From positions 11,297-75,296 of the IMG/VR virus record IMGVR_UViG_3300018914_000064: a stretch of DNA of 64,000 bases; one strand, given 5' to 3'. The notes under the pieces are model-generated. The model ran no database searches. It was not told the origin of the DNA and saw nothing but the letters and a program-made list of their open reading frames with translations. The stretch comes from a virus. Its lineage: Duplodnaviria > Heunggongvirae > Uroviricota > Caudoviricetes. A program made the translations under genes and the position numbers. Positions 26,305 through 37,704 of this stretch are shown in pieces (positions within the stretch are counted from its first letter, which is position 1; each line of letters begins with the position of its first letter).

Positions 26305-27745
26305 GGGGGTATTAGCTATCAGTAACACGAAAGACATGTATGACTTGACGAGTGAGGCACTATTTGTAGGGAGTTTATATGCTAGACCAATCTTGTACGT
26401 TGATTATGCAGAGTTAATCAAATCTAAATATGACTTTGAAGATGCCGATACGAAGTTCTTGTATGATTCGTTTGAGTTATATTACAAAACTTTTTCTCAA
26501 GAAATTAGCGAAACTAAAATAAATATCTTTATGAATCAGGATGCCGACAGGGGCAAGCAGTACAGAAAAATCGGTGGATGGAAGACAATTGAAAAACAAA
26601 TGGAGCTTTCAGATCCTGATGACATCAAAAATTACTTCGAATCAATAAAAAAATATTCACTTCTCAGGGAGTTTAGCAGAAAGGGATTCCCAGTCGAAAA
26701 GTTAATGCAGCACAAGGCATTTCCTAAAATGAAGGCAGAAGATATTGTAAGGTTTATGAGATACAATGTGGACAATATCAATACTGTTATTGGGGGTGGA
26801 AAATCAGCAACTTTATTAGGCAAAGATATAAAGAAAAAACTAGCAAAATGGCGGGAAGCCCCTGATATGGGAGTTGAATTCCCCTTCCCTATTTGGACAG
26901 AGTTATTCCGAGGGTTTAGGAAGAAGAAGCTTGTCATTGACGGCATGCTTAGCAATGAAGGCAAATCGAGACGTATGGCAAAAATCGTTAATTATCTTGG
27001 GGTGCTTAAGCGTGTTCCTGTACTCGTATTAGTAAACGAACAGGACGAAGATGAGTGGTATGCTATGCAAGCTTCAACAATTTGCAACAACGAAGAGTTT
27101 GGATTCAATTACGATATTAGAGAATATGATATCGTTCTGGGCAACTATAAAAGCGAAGAGGAATTTGAATACATAAGTGAGACAATTGGTAGTTGGGTTG
27201 AAGCAAACCACAAGATTTACTTTCTGGAGCTAAGTCAGTATTCGGATGATGATCTTGAAAGAGAAATTAAAAAACATGTTCTTGGACTAGGTGTTCAATA
27301 CGTTTTTTATGACACACTAAAGGGGTATAAGACTGACAACTGGGAGACTGTCAAGCAAACTACTACGAAGTTGAAGGATTTAGCCAACGAATTGAACATC
27401 GGCGCATATGCAACCATCCAATTAACAGATGAAACGGTTTTAACTGATGTTGAGGATTTATCATCGATGAACATTGCGAATGCAAAACAACTTAAACACG
27501 TAGTAGACCACTTAATTCTTGAAAAACGGATTGACAGGTCAAAGTACGAAAATTACATGATTAAAAATCAATGGGGAGAGATCCCACTTGACTTAAATAA
27601 AACTTACTACGGACAGAAAATTGATAAGAACCGTGGTGGGGGGAAGGGAATGGTATTAGTAACTGAAGTTGACCTCGACAGGAATATCTGGAAGGAGGTT
27701 GGATACTTGATTCGTAAACCGAGGGAGAAAAAGAAAAGGGCGTAG
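26285..27745 (+). CDS. Replicative helicase, DnaB-like.
   Basis: Walker A-like GMLSNEGKS. Size and position beside the primase. Alternative start at Met 26336. Confidence 0.5.
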   Translation: MMNYCYRGVLAISNTKDMYDLTSEALFVGSLYARPILYVDYAELIKSKYDFEDADTKFLYDSFELYYKTFSQEISETKINIFMNQDADRGKQYRKIGGWKTIEKQMELSDPDDIKNYFESIKKYSLLREFSRKGFPVEKLMQHKAFPKMKAEDIVRFMRYNVDNINTVIGGGKSATLLGKDIKKKLAKWREAPDMGVEFPFPIWTELFRGFRKKKLVIDGMLSNEGKSRRMAKIVNYLGVLKRVPVLVLVNEQDEDEWYAMQASTICNNEEFGFNYDIREYDIVLGNYKSEEEFEYISETIGSWVEANHKIYFLELSQYSDDDLEREIKKHVLGLGVQYVFYDTLKGYKTDNWETVKQTTTKLKDLANELNIGAYATIQLTDETVLTDVEDLSSMNIANAKQLKHVVDHLILEKRIDRSKYENYMIKNQWGEIPLDLNKTYYGQKIDKNRGGGKGMVLVTEVDLDRNIWKEVGYLIRKPREKKKRA

Positions 27746-27758
27746 GTGATTATGCCAC

Positions 27759-28796
27759 ATGGATATTCAGGAATTAAAAGAAAGAATCATCCTTGAAGAT
27801 AAGATTAGCACGGTATTAGAAGAGCTGGGTATGCATAGCATTAGAGAGCACGACGAGTACTTCACATGCGGAATGCCCGATGGGGACAATAAGAAAAGCA
27901 CGGTTATTTATAAAGAAAATCTATATGTAGATGCCCACACTAGGAATATAAGAGATCAATATGGTGTATCGGATATCATATCTCTTGTTACATTTGTAAA
28001 AGGTACTTATTTCAGCGAAAGTGTTAAATGGATATGTGACGTATGTGGGTTCGACTATTACGGGAATCAACAAGAGCAATCAAGGTTGGCGAAATGGGTG
28101 CGCGATATGTGGAAGTCATCATCAGAGCTGCAAGAAGATGAAGACAAGCCACTAGAGCCAATTGACAAAAGTATTCTAGGATACTTTGGACGATATGCCA
28201 ATCCATTATTCTATAATGATGGCATCAGCTATGAAACGCAATGGGAATTCCATTTAGGGTATGACTTGGCATTTCATATGATAACAATTCCAATTTTTGA
28301 TGAGTTAAACTCTCTTGTTGGGATAAAGGGAAGGTTGTATAAAGACCGAGCACAAGATAACGAAAGTAAATATTTTTATATTCATTCTTGTCCTAAATCA
28401 AAAATCCTTTACGGACTTCATAAGACGATGGATTTTATAAAAGAAAAAAATGAAGTCATTGTGTGTGAATCCGAAAAAGGAGTGCTGCAATTGTGGAGCA
28501 TGGGGATAAAAAATGCAGTTGCTATTTCTGGGCACATATTAAGCAAAACACAAGTAGAGAAACTAACTCGCTTAAATGTGCCAATAGTAATTGCCTATGA
28601 TCAAGGTGCGGAACTCGATAAAGGTGGGAGGGTGGACAAAAACTTTTATCGAAATGAGTTTGCTAAATTCTTGCCCCAACAAGAGTTGTATTGTGTATAT
28701 GATAAAGGCGGGAGTATATTAAACAAAAAAGAAAGCCCAATGGATGACCCAAATAAATGGGAGGTGCTGTATGCAAACAGGATCAGAATTAGATAA
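27759..28796 (+). CDS. DNA primase (TOPRIM).
   Basis: N-terminal Cys/His region. TOPRIM VIVCESEKGV...IAYDQGAE. Confidence 0.6.
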   Translation: MDIQELKERIILEDKISTVLEELGMHSIREHDEYFTCGMPDGDNKKSTVIYKENLYVDAHTRNIRDQYGVSDIISLVTFVKGTYFSESVKWICDVCGFDYYGNQQEQSRLAKWVRDMWKSSSELQEDEDKPLEPIDKSILGYFGRYANPLFYNDGISYETQWEFHLGYDLAFHMITIPIFDELNSLVGIKGRLYKDRAQDNESKYFYIHSCPKSKILYGLHKTMDFIKEKNEVIVCESEKGVLQLWSMGIKNAVAISGHILSKTQVEKLTRLNVPIVIAYDQGAELDKGGRVDKNFYRNEFAKFLPQQELYCVYDKGGSILNKKESPMDDPNKWEVLYANRIRIR

Positions 28797-29670
28797 ATAC
28801 AGTTATAGTAGACTGAATACATTTATGCAGTGCCCAATGAAATATAAAATAAAATACATAGACGGGAATTATACTGATCAGTCTCAACTTCATTTGGAGT
28901 TGGGTAATATTCTACACAAATGCTTAGAAATAAAATATAGGGACATAATTAGTGGCGCAAAACCAAATTTAGATAATATAACAAAAATAATGTACAGTGG
29001 TGTATCTGAAAGGACAGACAAGGATAATGGTCGATTTTTAAACGGAGTCAATCAAATAAAGGTACTGTACGGAGAAGAAGCATTTGACAATGTGAGCCAA
29101 AAAAGCGGGTTAACATACAATGAAAAGTTGGAGATATTCCTTGAGTATTTAAAAGAAAATCCAGAAGATGATTGGAAGCCGATTTCGGTGGAAATGCCCT
29201 TCACGTTTAACTTCGAGGGTCGTGCAATCTTTGAGGGGTATATTGATCGAGTAGACATGAACAGCAATGGGGAACTTAGGGTAGTTGACTATAAATCTTC
29301 TGATAAACCTTTTGATAAAAAGGATTTGTCAACCCCTCTTCAAATGGTAATTTATGCTCTAGCCTGTAAGTGTAAATTTGGTAAAGTGCCAGTGCAATAT
29401 GTGTACGATTTAATACTGCTTGGAGAGCAGCAATACGCATGCACAGATGGGTTTCTTGAAAGAGGAACAAAAAAAATACATAAAATACTAGACGAAATTG
29501 AATGGTGCAAAGCCCTAAATGAGTGGAAGCCAAAAGCTTCACCGTTATGTTGGTGGTGTGAATTTTCTGGGCATAATGATGGCAACCCATGGTATACTCG
29601 TGGATTGTGTGAGTACTATTCATTGTGGAGTCCAAACAACAAAACATTTGCTAAGAATAGAGAGTATTAA
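28771..29670 (+). CDS. PD-(D/E)xK nuclease, Cas4/RecB-like, with C-terminal cysteines.
   Basis: RBS GGAGGTG before ATG 28771. YSRLNTFMQCPMKY. GYIDRVD...VVDYKS (D...D/ExK). CWWCEF...C. Confidence 0.6.
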   Translation: MQTGSELDKYSYSRLNTFMQCPMKYKIKYIDGNYTDQSQLHLELGNILHKCLEIKYRDIISGAKPNLDNITKIMYSGVSERTDKDNGRFLNGVNQIKVLYGEEAFDNVSQKSGLTYNEKLEIFLEYLKENPEDDWKPISVEMPFTFNFEGRAIFEGYIDRVDMNSNGELRVVDYKSSDKPFDKKDLSTPLQMVIYALACKCKFGKVPVQYVYDLILLGEQQYACTDGFLERGTKKIHKILDEIEWCKALNEWKPKASPLCWWCEFSGHNDGNPWYTRGLCEYYSLWSPNNKTFAKNREY

Positions 29671-29675
29671 GAGAG

Positions 29676-32600
29676 GTGACTTATTTGGGTAAGTTTTCAA
29701 GTTTGCACAATCATACATACTTTAGTTTGTTGGACGCTGTAATGTCACCGGAGGAGCTAGTTCAGCAAGCGCATGATCTTGGCTTTAATGCTATCGCTAT
29801 CACGGAACATGGCAATATGTTTTCATATGTGCGCGGATATAAAAAAGCACAAGAACTCGGAATTAAATTTATTGCTGGCTGCGAAGTATACGAAACAACA
29901 GATATGGATTATAAGGAAAAGGATGCAGATCGGTATCATTTAATACTACTTGCAAAATCTCAAGTGGGACTTAAGAATTTGTTTCGCATTGTTTCCGAAG
30001 GTAATACACGAGGATTTTACGGCAAGCCCAGAGTAGACTTGGAAACTATCTCTAAATATTCCGAGGACATAATTGCTTTATCTGCATGTTTAGGAGGAAG
30101 GATCTCTCGATTGCTTTATCAGTCTTGGTGTAAATGTTGTGGAGGGAATTCTTGTGAGAACTTTACTCCCAGATGGGAGGAAGCTAAGGATTGGGTCAGT
30201 AAATATAAGGAAGTGTTTGGTGAAGATTTTTATATCGAATTACAAAGCCATGACACAGAAGATCAATCTGAAGCAAATAAAAGGCTTTTAAGTTTAGCGC
30301 AACAAACTGGAACAAAATACACCATTACATTTGACACACATTTGCGTGATGGCAGCGATCTACAGAAAGATGTTCATCGTAAGTTTATTCAAATTGGGCA
30401 AGATCGGGAGGTTGGAGAAACTTACGAAGGATGTTGGCAGACGGACGTTGATACTATCCATCGAGTTATGGATAAACAAATTGGCTATGATGCAGTTGAA
30501 TTTGGAATTGCAACTACAGACGAGATTGCAGAAAAATGTCAGCTAGAAATAAGCTTGCATCAAAATTTAATGCCTCAAATCGCAATCCCAAGTAATTTTA
30601 ATTCAGAACAAGATTACTTAAAACATCTAATTAAAGAGGGTTGGGCGAAACGTGGCTTTGATAAATTACCCACTGAGAAGAAACGACAATACAGAGAACG
30701 TCTGCTTAATGAATTTGAGGTACTTGACTATTTAGGCTATTGTAGTTACTTCATTATGCTAAAACAATTAATTGATAAAATCCGAGAGCGCAATATCCCT
30801 TTGGGCTATAGTCGTGGTTCTGGAGCCAATTGTTTGACATTATATACATTGGGAGTCACTGAGGTTGACAGTATACGCTGGAATCTTGACTTCGCTCGCT
30901 TTGCTAACAAGGGGAGAAAAGGCTCCCCAGCAGACTATGATATTGATATTTCTAAGGCAAGACGGCAAGAAGCATTGGACATTGCCGTAGAACTATTTGG
31001 TTATGATAACGTTGCCCAAGTTGCTACCTTTAACTCATTGTCTCCAAAGGTATGTATTAGAGATTTAGGCAAAATATTTGATGAACAAGGGGTGTACACC
31101 ATCCCTTACAACGTTCGTGATAAAATTGCTAAACTTATACCTGATGACCCAAACAAGAAAATGACTATTGAACGTGCACTTGAAGCATCTTCCGAACTAC
31201 AACGCTTTGCTGAAGAGTTCCCTTTACTTTTTGAATACACAAAATTTCTCCAAAACCTGCCCAAGTCCGTAGGTTGCCATGCAGCGGCAGTTATTATTGC
31301 ACCTACTTCAATCACTGACTACTCCCCAGTTATGTATAATCAAAACGGTAATTTGATGATGCAAATGGACATGTACAACGCAATGGATGATTTGGGTCTG
31401 GTAAAAATGGATTTTCTTGGGTTGAACACGTTAGATGTGGTTGATGACACACTTAAATTTGCTGGGTTAACATGGGATGATATCAATCTAAGCAGGTTAA
31501 ATCTTGAAGACGAGAATGTTTATACGGAAATTTACCAAAAGGGAAACACGCTAGGCGTTTTTCAAATGGAAGCTTATGTTGCGCAAGAGATGTTCAAAAA
31601 CATGAAGGCAGACACCATTTATGATATCTTTGCCGTAAATGCTATGAATCGACCAGCAGTTCTTTCTGTCGGAATGGACAAAGATTATATTCGGAATAAA
31701 CTTAATCAAGAATTAATTGAATATATCCACGAGGATCTGAAACCCATTATGCAAGGAACGTATGGGGTAATGCTGTATCAGGAACAGGCGTTGAAGGTGT
31801 TTGGACTTGCGGGGTTTGCAGAAGATGAACAAGATAATGCAAGGCGAGCAATTGGCAAGAAGAAAGCTGATGTGATGGCTGAACAATTTGGGAAGTTTAA
31901 AAGCGGATTGGAGATTAGAAATTGGCTACAAAGTCAAATCGAAGAAATGTGGAAGTTGATTGCAGCACAAGCTGAATACAGCTTTAACTTAGGCCACTCA
32001 ACTGCTTACGGATTACTATCGTATGTTACTGCTTGGCTTAAGTGCTATTATCCAGTGGAGTTCATGACAGCATTGCTTAAATCAGAAATAGGCGATTATG
32101 AGCAGACATCAAAATATATTAATGAATGTCATAGGATGGGAATTAAAGTTCTTGCGCCAGACATTAATGAATCGGGCAGGTACTATTCAATAGTGGGTAA
32201 TGATATTTTGTTTGGCTTCGAGTCTATCAAGGGAGTGGGGGAGAGCGCAACTTTAACCATTCTCGAAGAAAGATCTAAGGGGAAATTTTCTAGCCTTCAA
32301 GATTTCATTCAGCGATGCAAGGTAGACTCCTCAACTGTGATCGCCCTAATCAAGAGTGGTGCGTTTGGAGGCAATAAGGATGACTTGCTTATGGAGTTCG
32401 CAAAAATGAACATGCCAACAGGGGAATTCAAAGGGTCAAAAACCTTGCCCAGCAAGCAAAAGTTGATTGAATTAGGTATTATAAATTCTGATGAAGAGTT
32501 TAAAGACAAAGAAATGTGCTTAAAAAAATACAATGAATTCAAGCTCAGAGAGTTCACGGAAAAAATGTTGGCGAGACAGCACAATTTTATTACTGAATTC

Positions 32601-32993
32601 AGAGAAAAATATATGGGTTCACCTGAAATGTATGAGTACGAAACCCTTTCAATTTTTATTAATGGAAATCCATTTGATGATGTGAAACATCATTTTAGAC
32701 CGTTCTCACTTTATGGAGACGATAAGAAATGTGTAGCTGTTGGAACTATTACTTCAGTGAAGAGAAAAAAGCAGAAGAATGGGAAACCGTATGCATACAT
32801 CGAATTACTTACCCCAACAGAAGGAATTATTGAAGGGGTGATATTTAATAATCAACTAGTTCAATATCAAGATATAATTGAAAAGGGGAACAATATTGTA
32901 ATTTTAGCTACGAAAAGTGGAGGCCAATTTAGAGCAGAACAAATGAAGACGCTACAACAATGGAGAGCAGAAAGAGTAAAAAATAATATATAA
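29676..32993 (+). CDS. dnaE: DNA polymerase III alpha subunit, DnaE-type (about 1100 aa).
   Basis: N-terminal PHP domain LHNHTYFSLLDAVMSP...AITEHGNMF. Polymerase core. The start is GTG 29676 or TTG 29685 after GAGAGGTGA. Confidence 0.85.
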   Translation: MTYLGKFSSLHNHTYFSLLDAVMSPEELVQQAHDLGFNAIAITEHGNMFSYVRGYKKAQELGIKFIAGCEVYETTDMDYKEKDADRYHLILLAKSQVGLKNLFRIVSEGNTRGFYGKPRVDLETISKYSEDIIALSACLGGRISRLLYQSWCKCCGGNSCENFTPRWEEAKDWVSKYKEVFGEDFYIELQSHDTEDQSEANKRLLSLAQQTGTKYTITFDTHLRDGSDLQKDVHRKFIQIGQDREVGETYEGCWQTDVDTIHRVMDKQIGYDAVEFGIATTDEIAEKCQLEISLHQNLMPQIAIPSNFNSEQDYLKHLIKEGWAKRGFDKLPTEKKRQYRERLLNEFEVLDYLGYCSYFIMLKQLIDKIRERNIPLGYSRGSGANCLTLYTLGVTEVDSIRWNLDFARFANKGRKGSPADYDIDISKARRQEALDIAVELFGYDNVAQVATFNSLSPKVCIRDLGKIFDEQGVYTIPYNVRDKIAKLIPDDPNKKMTIERALEASSELQRFAEEFPLLFEYTKFLQNLPKSVGCHAAAVIIAPTSITDYSPVMYNQNGNLMMQMDMYNAMDDLGLVKMDFLGLNTLDVVDDTLKFAGLTWDDINLSRLNLEDENVYTEIYQKGNTLGVFQMEAYVAQEMFKNMKADTIYDIFAVNAMNRPAVLSVGMDKDYIRNKLNQELIEYIHEDLKPIMQGTYGVMLYQEQALKVFGLAGFAEDEQDNARRAIGKKKADVMAEQFGKFKSGLEIRNWLQSQIEEMWKLIAAQAEYSFNLGHSTAYGLLSYVTAWLKCYYPVEFMTALLKSEIGDYEQTSKYINECHRMGIKVLAPDINESGRYYSIVGNDILFGFESIKGVGESATLTILEERSKGKFSSLQDFIQRCKVDSSTVIALIKSGAFGGNKDDLLMEFAKMNMPTGEFKGSKTLPSKQKLIELGIINSDEEFKDKEMCLKKYNEFKLREFTEKMLARQHNFITEFREKYMGSPEMYEYETLSIFINGNPFDDVKHHFRPFSLYGDDKKCVAVGTITSVKRKKQKNGKPYAYIELLTPTEGIIEGVIFNNQLVQYQDIIEKGNNIVILATKSGGQFRAEQMKTLQQWRAERVKNNI

Positions 32994-33035
32994 AAATAAC
33001 TTGTAAAATACAAAGCCATGTGGTAAATTAGAAAC
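32986..33035 (+). promoter_or_regulatory. Phage promoter-like element: A-tract, TTGTAA, 17 nt, TAAATT.
   Basis: TAAAAATAACTTGTAAAATAC motif, followed by the 33065-33226 micro-ORF with RBS GAGGAGGGG. Confidence 0.4.
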
Positions 33036-33261
33036 AAGAGGAAAACCGAGAGGAGGGGAACAAGATGAAAATCGATACTAAAACACTCCACCAAGAACGA
33101 AAAGGGAATACATACTATACAAACACACGAAAACGAGATCAGCAGCCAGATTTTAAGACGGTACTTATGGAAGCAATACAAAACGTATCACGAAATCACC
33201 GATTGTATAGTAACTAAAATTAAATGAAAAAGGTATTTTATTTAGAAAGGAAAGAGGAAGA

Positions 33262-33444
33262 ATGATTGAGAAATTTCAACAATTATTTGATTCAATGGGA
33301 AGTAATGATGAAGTATCAGTGACATTGGATGCAGCGGAAGTTAGCACAATACTATCGTTGCTTAAAGCTAATCAGGCATTATTGGATTCACTAAAAGAAA
33401 ACTTAACTGCAATGTTTGATAAACTAGAAAACAAATTAAAATAA
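33262..33444 (+). CDS. Hypothetical small protein.
   Basis: RBS AAAGGAAAGAGGAAG upstream. Confidence 0.45.
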   Translation: MIEKFQQLFDSMGSNDEVSVTLDAAEVSTILSLLKANQALLDSLKENLTAMFDKLENKLK

Positions 33445-33493
33445 TAAAATGGATATTTCAAATAAAAATTTATTATAATAGGAGGAATTTAAA

Positions 33494-33700
33494 ATGGAAA
33501 ATTGGCAAGTTGGAGATCATGCGGAGGTAGCGTCAACAAGTTTTGATGATCGGTTTAAAACTCTTTACGGAAAAGTAGGTAAAGTTGTTAATGTGAAAAC
33601 ATCCGAATTTAAACATTTCATTGAAACAGACTTACGACTGATCTTTGAAGATGGATATGAATGCTGGTTGCCAGCAGAAGATTGTATTCAGCGGTATTAA
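33494..33700 (+). CDS. Hypothetical small protein.
   Basis: RBS AGGAGG upstream. Confidence 0.45.
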   Translation: MENWQVGDHAEVASTSFDDRFKTLYGKVGKVVNVKTSEFKHFIETDLRLIFEDGYECWLPAEDCIQRY

Positions 33701-33729
33701 TATTCAAACAATACGGAGGTAAATGTTAA

Positions 33730-33936
33730 ATGGACAACAAACAACAGTTAGCAGCATTAAAAGCAATGTACAATAAGTTAATTAATGAGTTAGGAGAATA
33801 CGAAGACGATTTGTATCGGGCAAGAATGACCTATGAATCTGCATTAGAAGATGTGAACGAAACAAAAGATGACATCAGAGAAGTGGTGTCTAAGATTAGA
33901 AATCTAGATCCTGACTTTGAAGAAGACTATTTTTAG
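33730..33936 (+). CDS. Hypothetical small protein.
   Basis: RBS GGAGGT upstream. Confidence 0.45.
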   Translation: MDNKQQLAALKAMYNKLINELGEYEDDLYRARMTYESALEDVNETKDDIREVVSKIRNLDPDFEEDYF

Positions 33937-33983
33937 AGAACCCCACTCAAACGAGTGGGAATACATAGGGAGAGAAAAAGATA

Positions 33984-34217
33984 GTGTTAAAAGTTGATTT
34001 TCTTGAAAAAGTTAAACAGTGGCTAGAACAATATTGGGAAAGTGATGGCATTAATGTTGACATTGCAAATGCGCTTGTCAATTCTATTCCGAAGTTGATT
34101 GGTGAAGTTAAGCGACTAAAAGGAATAATTGAAGAAGCAAACAGAATCCATGAAGAAGAACTTAATCCAGATATGACAGAATACCTAAAAGAATTAGAAC
34201 GATTGGGTTTTGAATAA
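33984..34217 (+). CDS. Hypothetical small protein.
   Basis: GTG start after GGGAGAGAAAAAG. Confidence 0.4.
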   Translation: MLKVDFLEKVKQWLEQYWESDGINVDIANALVNSIPKLIGEVKRLKGIIEEANRIHEEELNPDMTEYLKELERLGFE

Positions 34218-34277
34218 AAGAAAACTTTTATTGAGAAATGGGAGGAGATTAACATAGGATACGATAGACAAGTAAGA

Positions 34278-34922
34278 GTGAGTTTTAATTATGAAGATCA
34301 CCAAGATAAGATTTCGTTTACGTTGCCTCTACAATATATGTGGGACAACATGAGTGAGGACGATCTTATTGAGTTTGCAAAAATAATGATTTATTCAGGA
34401 AAATTCAAAACAGTGTTGTTAGACGCTCTGAATTCATGTGAACCAGACAGGGAAGTTATTGAGCTTCAAGAATTACTGATTAGTCGGCTAGATGAATTAA
34501 AAGAGGGATATGTAGAGAATTTTAGACAACAAAATAATTATATCTGGTGGAGTATTGGGCGTGGATTAGTAAAGCTCTTAGAAGAAGTTTATCCAGAACG
34601 TAGATTTAAGTACTCAGTCAATTATGATGGAAGAACATTTAATATTACCGACCTATCTCAAAGTGATGAACCTAAGAATGAGTTAGTACTGGATTTATTC
34701 AGTATGACTTGTAGCATTGATAAATCTCCTGCAAATACACAGGAGTTTGAGCGTTACATTAAAAAGTTGGCTGAAGAAATACATAAATGTCAAAAGGAAA
34801 ATAAAAAGTATTGGGATAAGGTAAAAGAATGCTGCGAAACATATGATGAATTGTGTAAAGCAAAAAGAAAGATTCAAGATCTTGAAAAGAAATTGGAAAC
34901 GTATGAAAAACAAACCAAATAA
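34278..34922 (+). CDS. Hypothetical protein (214 aa).
   Basis: Clean ORF. C-terminal coiled-coil-like KKLETYEKQTK. Confidence 0.45.
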   Translation: MSFNYEDHQDKISFTLPLQYMWDNMSEDDLIEFAKIMIYSGKFKTVLLDALNSCEPDREVIELQELLISRLDELKEGYVENFRQQNNYIWWSIGRGLVKLLEEVYPERRFKYSVNYDGRTFNITDLSQSDEPKNELVLDLFSMTCSIDKSPANTQEFERYIKKLAEEIHKCQKENKKYWDKVKECCETYDELCKAKRKIQDLEKKLETYEKQTK

Positions 34923-34956
34923 AAGAGCTGTTCCCTTGGGTTTTGGAGGTGAGTTG

Positions 34957-35112
34957 ATGAACGAGTATGATGATATGTCTAGGGAAGAATTAATTGCAGA
35001 AATTGAGCGATTAAAAGAAATGTGGAATATAGCTTATGACTATGGGGTTCGTGTAAGAATGGATTTGGTTACGGGTTACATTATAGATCATTGGCTAGAG
35101 AAAACCGAATGA
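34957..35112 (+). CDS. Hypothetical small protein.
   Basis: RBS GGAGGTGAG before ATG 34957. Confidence 0.45.
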   Translation: MNEYDDMSREELIAEIERLKEMWNIAYDYGVRVRMDLVTGYIIDHWLEKTE

Positions 35113-35148
35113 AACCAACATTTTAACGAAAAGGAGGAGATTTGGTAA

Positions 35149-35490
35149 ATGAACGTGATCGAATTAGGAAGAATGATGGAAGTTGGAGATATTGCATATT
35201 CACCAGAAGATACATATAAAATTATCAAAAAAGAAAATGGTTTGTTCTGGTATGAAGGAGAAGGATGCGACAATAGCAGTATTGTTGAATTAACAGATCA
35301 AGTTCTCTTCTATGAACAATGGGAAATCGAATTGCCATATGTTGACTTCTGGACAGCATGGACTACTGCAAAGAAAGAGGGATGGGCAATTAAGTACGAA
35401 AAAGCAGACCAGCCTATTTGTTACAGTAATAATATCGTTTACCTCTCAAAAGAAATGATTGATGGTCGTTGGCAGATTTTGAATCGATAA
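35149..35490 (+). CDS. Hypothetical protein.
   Basis: RBS AAGGAGGAG upstream. Confidence 0.5.
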   Translation: MNVIELGRMMEVGDIAYSPEDTYKIIKKENGLFWYEGEGCDNSSIVELTDQVLFYEQWEIELPYVDFWTAWTTAKKEGWAIKYEKADQPICYSNNIVYLSKEMIDGRWQILNR

Positions 35491-35660
35491 AGGACAAACG
35501 AGACGGTTTTGCCAGCCCTTCAAAAATGGGCTTACTACATTAGTTATTGAGACAAAAAGGAGTGGTTCAGGCAATTTGCAAAACGGCATCTTTCATGAAG
35601 TAGTACTTGTGCATTCGAATGCTAACGGATTGAATGATATCTAATAATTGGAGGTTAAAA

Positions 35661-35849
35661 ATGAATACATACAAGGTAGTAGCAAAAGAAGATATGATCG
35701 CATCATCTCACACTTGGACTGAAGGATTGGATTATGAAGTTGTAGAGAAAGACGATTACTTTATTCTGGCTTCAAACGAAGGACAATTAAATTATATGAA
35801 TACAGTCAAAGATGCAGTAATGAATAATTTTGAAAAGCAATCCCTTTAA
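35661..35849 (+). CDS. Hypothetical small protein.
   Basis: RBS GGAGGT before ATG 35661. Confidence 0.45.
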   Translation: MNTYKVVAKEDMIASSHTWTEGLDYEVVEKDDYFILASNEGQLNYMNTVKDAVMNNFEKQSL

Positions 35850-36135
35850 AACTCAAATTTCATGGAGAAAGGAATGAATACATAATATGACGGGATTTGA
35901 AATTTTCTTGGGTGTTATTATAGCAGTACTTCTGTTGCTAAAGGGGATTAAATTCCATCAGAACATTCTTGATTGCGATTCAATTGATATGTTCTCTACA
36001 GGGATCATGATAGTTAGTTTGCTTATTTGGTTGGGAACAAGGTTTGGATAAAACAAGTCTTTCATTTGGTTGGATTTAAAATGAAAAGATTTTGAATGGA
36101 AAATCCAAAATAAAAAAATAAGGGAGGATTAAAAA

Positions 36136-36396
36136 ATGTACGCTGAACTCAGCAAAGATTTTGTGGCAAAACTTCTTAATACTCTTGAGGTTATTGAAGT
36201 TGGTTATGGTGATTCGCCATTTGTGCTAGTCGAGGATAATGCAGAATTTCGAGCAGTGTGTAGAGGCTTGAGCATTCCTAACAATGAAGTCGTAAGTGTT
36301 TCAGGAGGAGAAGATGTTGTGGATCTTCTTGCGCTTGCAGCTACAACATATGGAATTTCTGAATATCATGCTGTCTATGGATTTTTAGTCGGATAA
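36136..36396 (+). CDS. Hypothetical small protein.
   Basis: RBS AAGGGAGGA upstream. Confidence 0.5.
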   Translation: MYAELSKDFVAKLLNTLEVIEVGYGDSPFVLVEDNAEFRAVCRGLSIPNNEVVSVSGGEDVVDLLALAATTYGISEYHAVYGFLVG

Positions 36397-36840
36397 AATA
36401 ACATTTTCATTCAGAAAGGGGAAAACGAATGGACATTTGTGAAACTCATAATAGATTACGTTGCGGTGAATGTGCATATAAAAATGAAATAGAAGAGGAG
36501 AATATTAAACTTACAAAAGCACTTGAAGAAATTATCGAATATTATGATTGGGCTGACTATGACTCAATGGTGCGAGTTGCAAGAAATGCATTAGGAATCA
36601 CAAAATAAACCCAAGGAAATGTCGATTTCATTCAGAAAGGAGGAAGTGTAGATGTTCAGCAAGGAACAAATTAAAAATTTCAACTGGCGAGATTTGGATG
36701 GCAAGGTATTGGGCATTCAAGTTGTTGAATCTGAGGGCGTACTGCAAGTATATGGTATTGAATCTGACCATGAAGAATGTAAACTTTACTTGCTACACGA
36801 GGGATAAATTAGATAAAACCAGTTTTCATTAGAGGGGAAA

Positions 36841-37197
36841 ATGTATATGGAAAAAGTTAAACTAAATCAAGAGCAAGCGGAAGCACTTGAGTATGTGATT
36901 AATAGAAATAATGAAAAAGAAATTATTCTCGCACATGCTAATGATCCAGAAGGATGGTTAGATAAAGCCGCACCATTAAAATCTCTTGATTTCGATGTGT
37001 TGGTTAAAGCTCTTTATAATGGATATGAGATAGAACAAACACCAGAAGATAAATTGCTTGAAGTATATAAGAAATATGAAAGTGCTGGACTACAAGAATG
37101 GCATCCGATTAGCAGGGAAAGACATCATCTAATTTGCCAAGGTATTAAGCTTGCGGTAGACACCCTAGGTCTAAAAATAAAAGGAATAAACATTTAA
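36841..37197 (+). CDS. Hypothetical protein.
   Basis: RBS GAGGGGAAAA upstream. Confidence 0.45.
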   Translation: MYMEKVKLNQEQAEALEYVINRNNEKEIILAHANDPEGWLDKAAPLKSLDFDVLVKALYNGYEIEQTPEDKLLEVYKKYESAGLQEWHPISRERHHLICQGIKLAVDTLGLKIKGINI

Positions 37198-37391
37198 TCT
37201 AAAAGTAACTATAAATAAAATAATCAGAGGTAATACATATGAAAAAACAAGACATCCTACATCAACTTGACCTTCAACGTAACTGGCAGAATGAACCCAT
37301 GTTTAAAGACTTCACAATTCGGGACATGATTCGATTTCACTATGCACTAGAAGCACATATTCTAATTAATGATGTGGAGGTAACTTTGTAA

Positions 37392-37670
37392 ATGAAGATT
37401 ATCAAAAAATACACTATCTCACAGGTTCAACTCTTGGAATCAAAGTATCGACCAGTACTTGATCTTCCCCTACATTCTTATGTGTGCTGCGTTCGACCCA
37501 ATGAGAATGGAATTGATGTTTATGTAGAACAATTCACTGATGCCGAATTGTACAAAACTTCAATTGCGTTTGTGTCCGATGGAGAAGACATTACTGAACT
37601 TATCGAAAATCGCATGTATCATCACTTCACGATTGACTATCAAGGACAGGTACTTCACGTTTACATCTAA
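37392..37670 (+). CDS. Hypothetical protein.
   Basis: RBS GGAGGT upstream. Confidence 0.45.
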   Translation: MKIIKKYTISQVQLLESKYRPVLDLPLHSYVCCVRPNENGIDVYVEQFTDAELYKTSIAFVSDGEDITELIENRMYHHFTIDYQGQVLHVYI

Positions 37671-37704
37671 TTATATAAAAAGAACTTAATAATAGGAGGT
37701 TGAG